Shown here in pieces: positions 62,330 to 64,000 of a stretch of 64,000 nucleotides of DNA (positions within the stretch are counted from its first letter, which is position 1; each line of letters opens with the position of its first letter). Made by a program: the position numbers and the translations under genes. A model generated the notes under the pieces. It was given only the letters and a program-made list of their open reading frames with translations. It ran no database searches and was not told where the DNA came from. The DNA comes from Ascoidea asiatica JCM 7603 (taxonomy: Eukaryota > Fungi > Ascomycota), in NCBI GenBank assembly GCA_001600695.1, contig BCKQ01000001.1, positions 8,423-72,422 on the forward strand. Direction: 5' to 3'.

Positions 62330-63661
62330 TATATTTTCAATACTTTTTTTTCCAAATTGACTATTTTTTTTACTTATATCTTTTATTTCATATAATTGAT
62401 TTATTGATTTGAAAAGTATTAAATTGAGTTATCTCTGACTTATCATTGTTTATAAAAAATAGTAAGCGCCAATAGGTAATTATTTTACAAATATTAAATT
62501 ATCAGTCTGTGATATCTCCCCTAAGTTTATTACTAAAAAACTATAATGATCAAATCTTTCTGCTATATTTTAACGCTGCTGTTAAAGGTTCTTTTGATGT
62601 TTCTGCTATTTCTGATGGTTTTGATAGTTTTGGTGGTGGTTTTGTTTACTCTTTGTTATTTCGTAGGCTTTGTTTACATTCTGATTTACTTCACTCAAAA
62701 GAACAGATGCAAACAGACCTGCGAAACCGCAAATACGGAACTCATTCAGGAAGGAACAAAAGCCCTGAAGTATACAAATATAGCCCTAAAGCAAAAAGTC
62801 GGAATTCGTGTAATAAACTTCCTATTGTAGAAAAACATTTCGTATCAGAACTAAGCTCCGTGTCGAAAGTTGCATCCGTGTTTGTTTCCGGGTTCAAGTG
62901 GTGCGGCTGAGCCGAATCTCGCTCGAATTCCCCAGATCCAAGCCAGAAATAGAAATCGTATATAAAGAACTTGTTTTCCCTTTTTTCGCTTTTTTTTCTT
63001 TTGTTTTTGGTTTTGTTTTTGATTTCCTTTAATTACTTCCCCTTTATTCTTTTTTGGTTTTGTTTTCAAGTTTTAGAAGTCAGTAACAATCTTCAATAAA
63101 TGCATCCAGTCAAACCTCATCAGAAGCATATCAGTAATAATAACAATAATAACAACAACAACAAGCGAGTTAATTTCCAAATCACAAAAATTAAGCGCCC
63201 CCATGAAAATGATGAAATATAAAATTATATTCTACTAAAGACAACTATTAATTTTATTCAATTAATTACCTAATAAAGGAATGTTCAAATCAGTGTTTAA
63301 AATTGGTATCGTGATGCAACAGAAATATTTGGATTAATATTTATCTATTTATTTATTTATCTTTTTCGGATTGATATTTGAGTTATTTTTTTTGCCGGAA
63401 TTCAAAATTATACAAAATAGTACAGTTTCACTGTAAATGGTGTAATACGATTTAAATTTCTATAAATAACAAAAAATTAAAAGAATTGAAACAAAAGAAA
63501 CAAATGAAAAAAAATATGAAATAAAAGGTTGAAAATTTGAATGAAAAAAGGTTATCACCTTATACAGGATTCTAATCAACTTATTCATATTTTTCAATTG
63601 ATAATCAATACTATTCAGTATTCAATTTTAAATATTAAATATTCACATTGGCATATACTTC

Positions 63662-63714
63662 GACTTAGACTTAGACTTAGACTTAGACTTTGACTTTGAC
63701 GTTGACATTGACAT
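63662..63714. repeat. Drifting hexamer repeat (GACTTA)n > (GACTTT) > (GACATT)
   Basis: Tandem 6-mers visible in the sequence. Confidence 0.8.
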
Positions 63715-64000
63715 ATTATATTCTATCCTAGTCTATTTTATTCTGGTTTATTCTCTTTCAATTTACACACTAAATATTATGGCTTTATTTAAGATTGAAT
63801 TATTAGGGGAATAAAATTTTATTTGAATCTAACCACCATTACTTTTATTAATTTTTTTTTCAAAATTACAGTAATTAATGAATGAGTCATATTTAATATA
63901 TTGAATATTTCAAATGAATAATGGAATATAATATAATAGAATATAATAATTTTATTATTAATAAAGTAAATCAAAATGGTTTAATGTGAAAATATTTCAT

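Noticed and set aside
62509-63069. Short ORFs upstream of ESP1
   Set aside because: Mutually overlapping, mostly non-ATG starts, no recognisable domain.

Overview
AT-rich budding-yeast (Saccharomycotina-like) genomic DNA in two sharply different halves. Bases 1-~32900 carry no intact host gene and are a stack of nested, decayed mobile elements. These are a minus-strand Ty3/gypsy pol remnant, three Ty1/copia elements, two head-to-head Tc1/mariner transposons, an L1-like LINE remnant, several solo LTRs and a GCR1_C-like (Crypton-related) pseudogene. The most unusual object is a gag-less copia pol (PR-IN-RT-RH) bracketed by ~560-bp INVERTED long terminal repeats (1299-6062). It appears to sit as one unit inside the gypsy pol, and each arm carries a CDEI-type RTCACRTG motif. 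A second copia (23297-29307) is canonical (direct LTRs, tRNAiMet PBS, TTTAG TSD) and has inserted into an older LTR of its own family. Bases ~33200-64000 are ordinary gene-dense sequence: SLP1-like SUN protein, an intron-containing five-CCCH ZC3H3/Red5-like gene, a PIB2-like FYVE protein, tRNA-Thr(AGT), malate dehydrogenase, a membrane-anchored acidic protein, a P-loop ATPase, SCY1, a small glycine-zipper/Cys-tail protein and separase ESP1. All alignments and translations were done by eye; identities are estimates.
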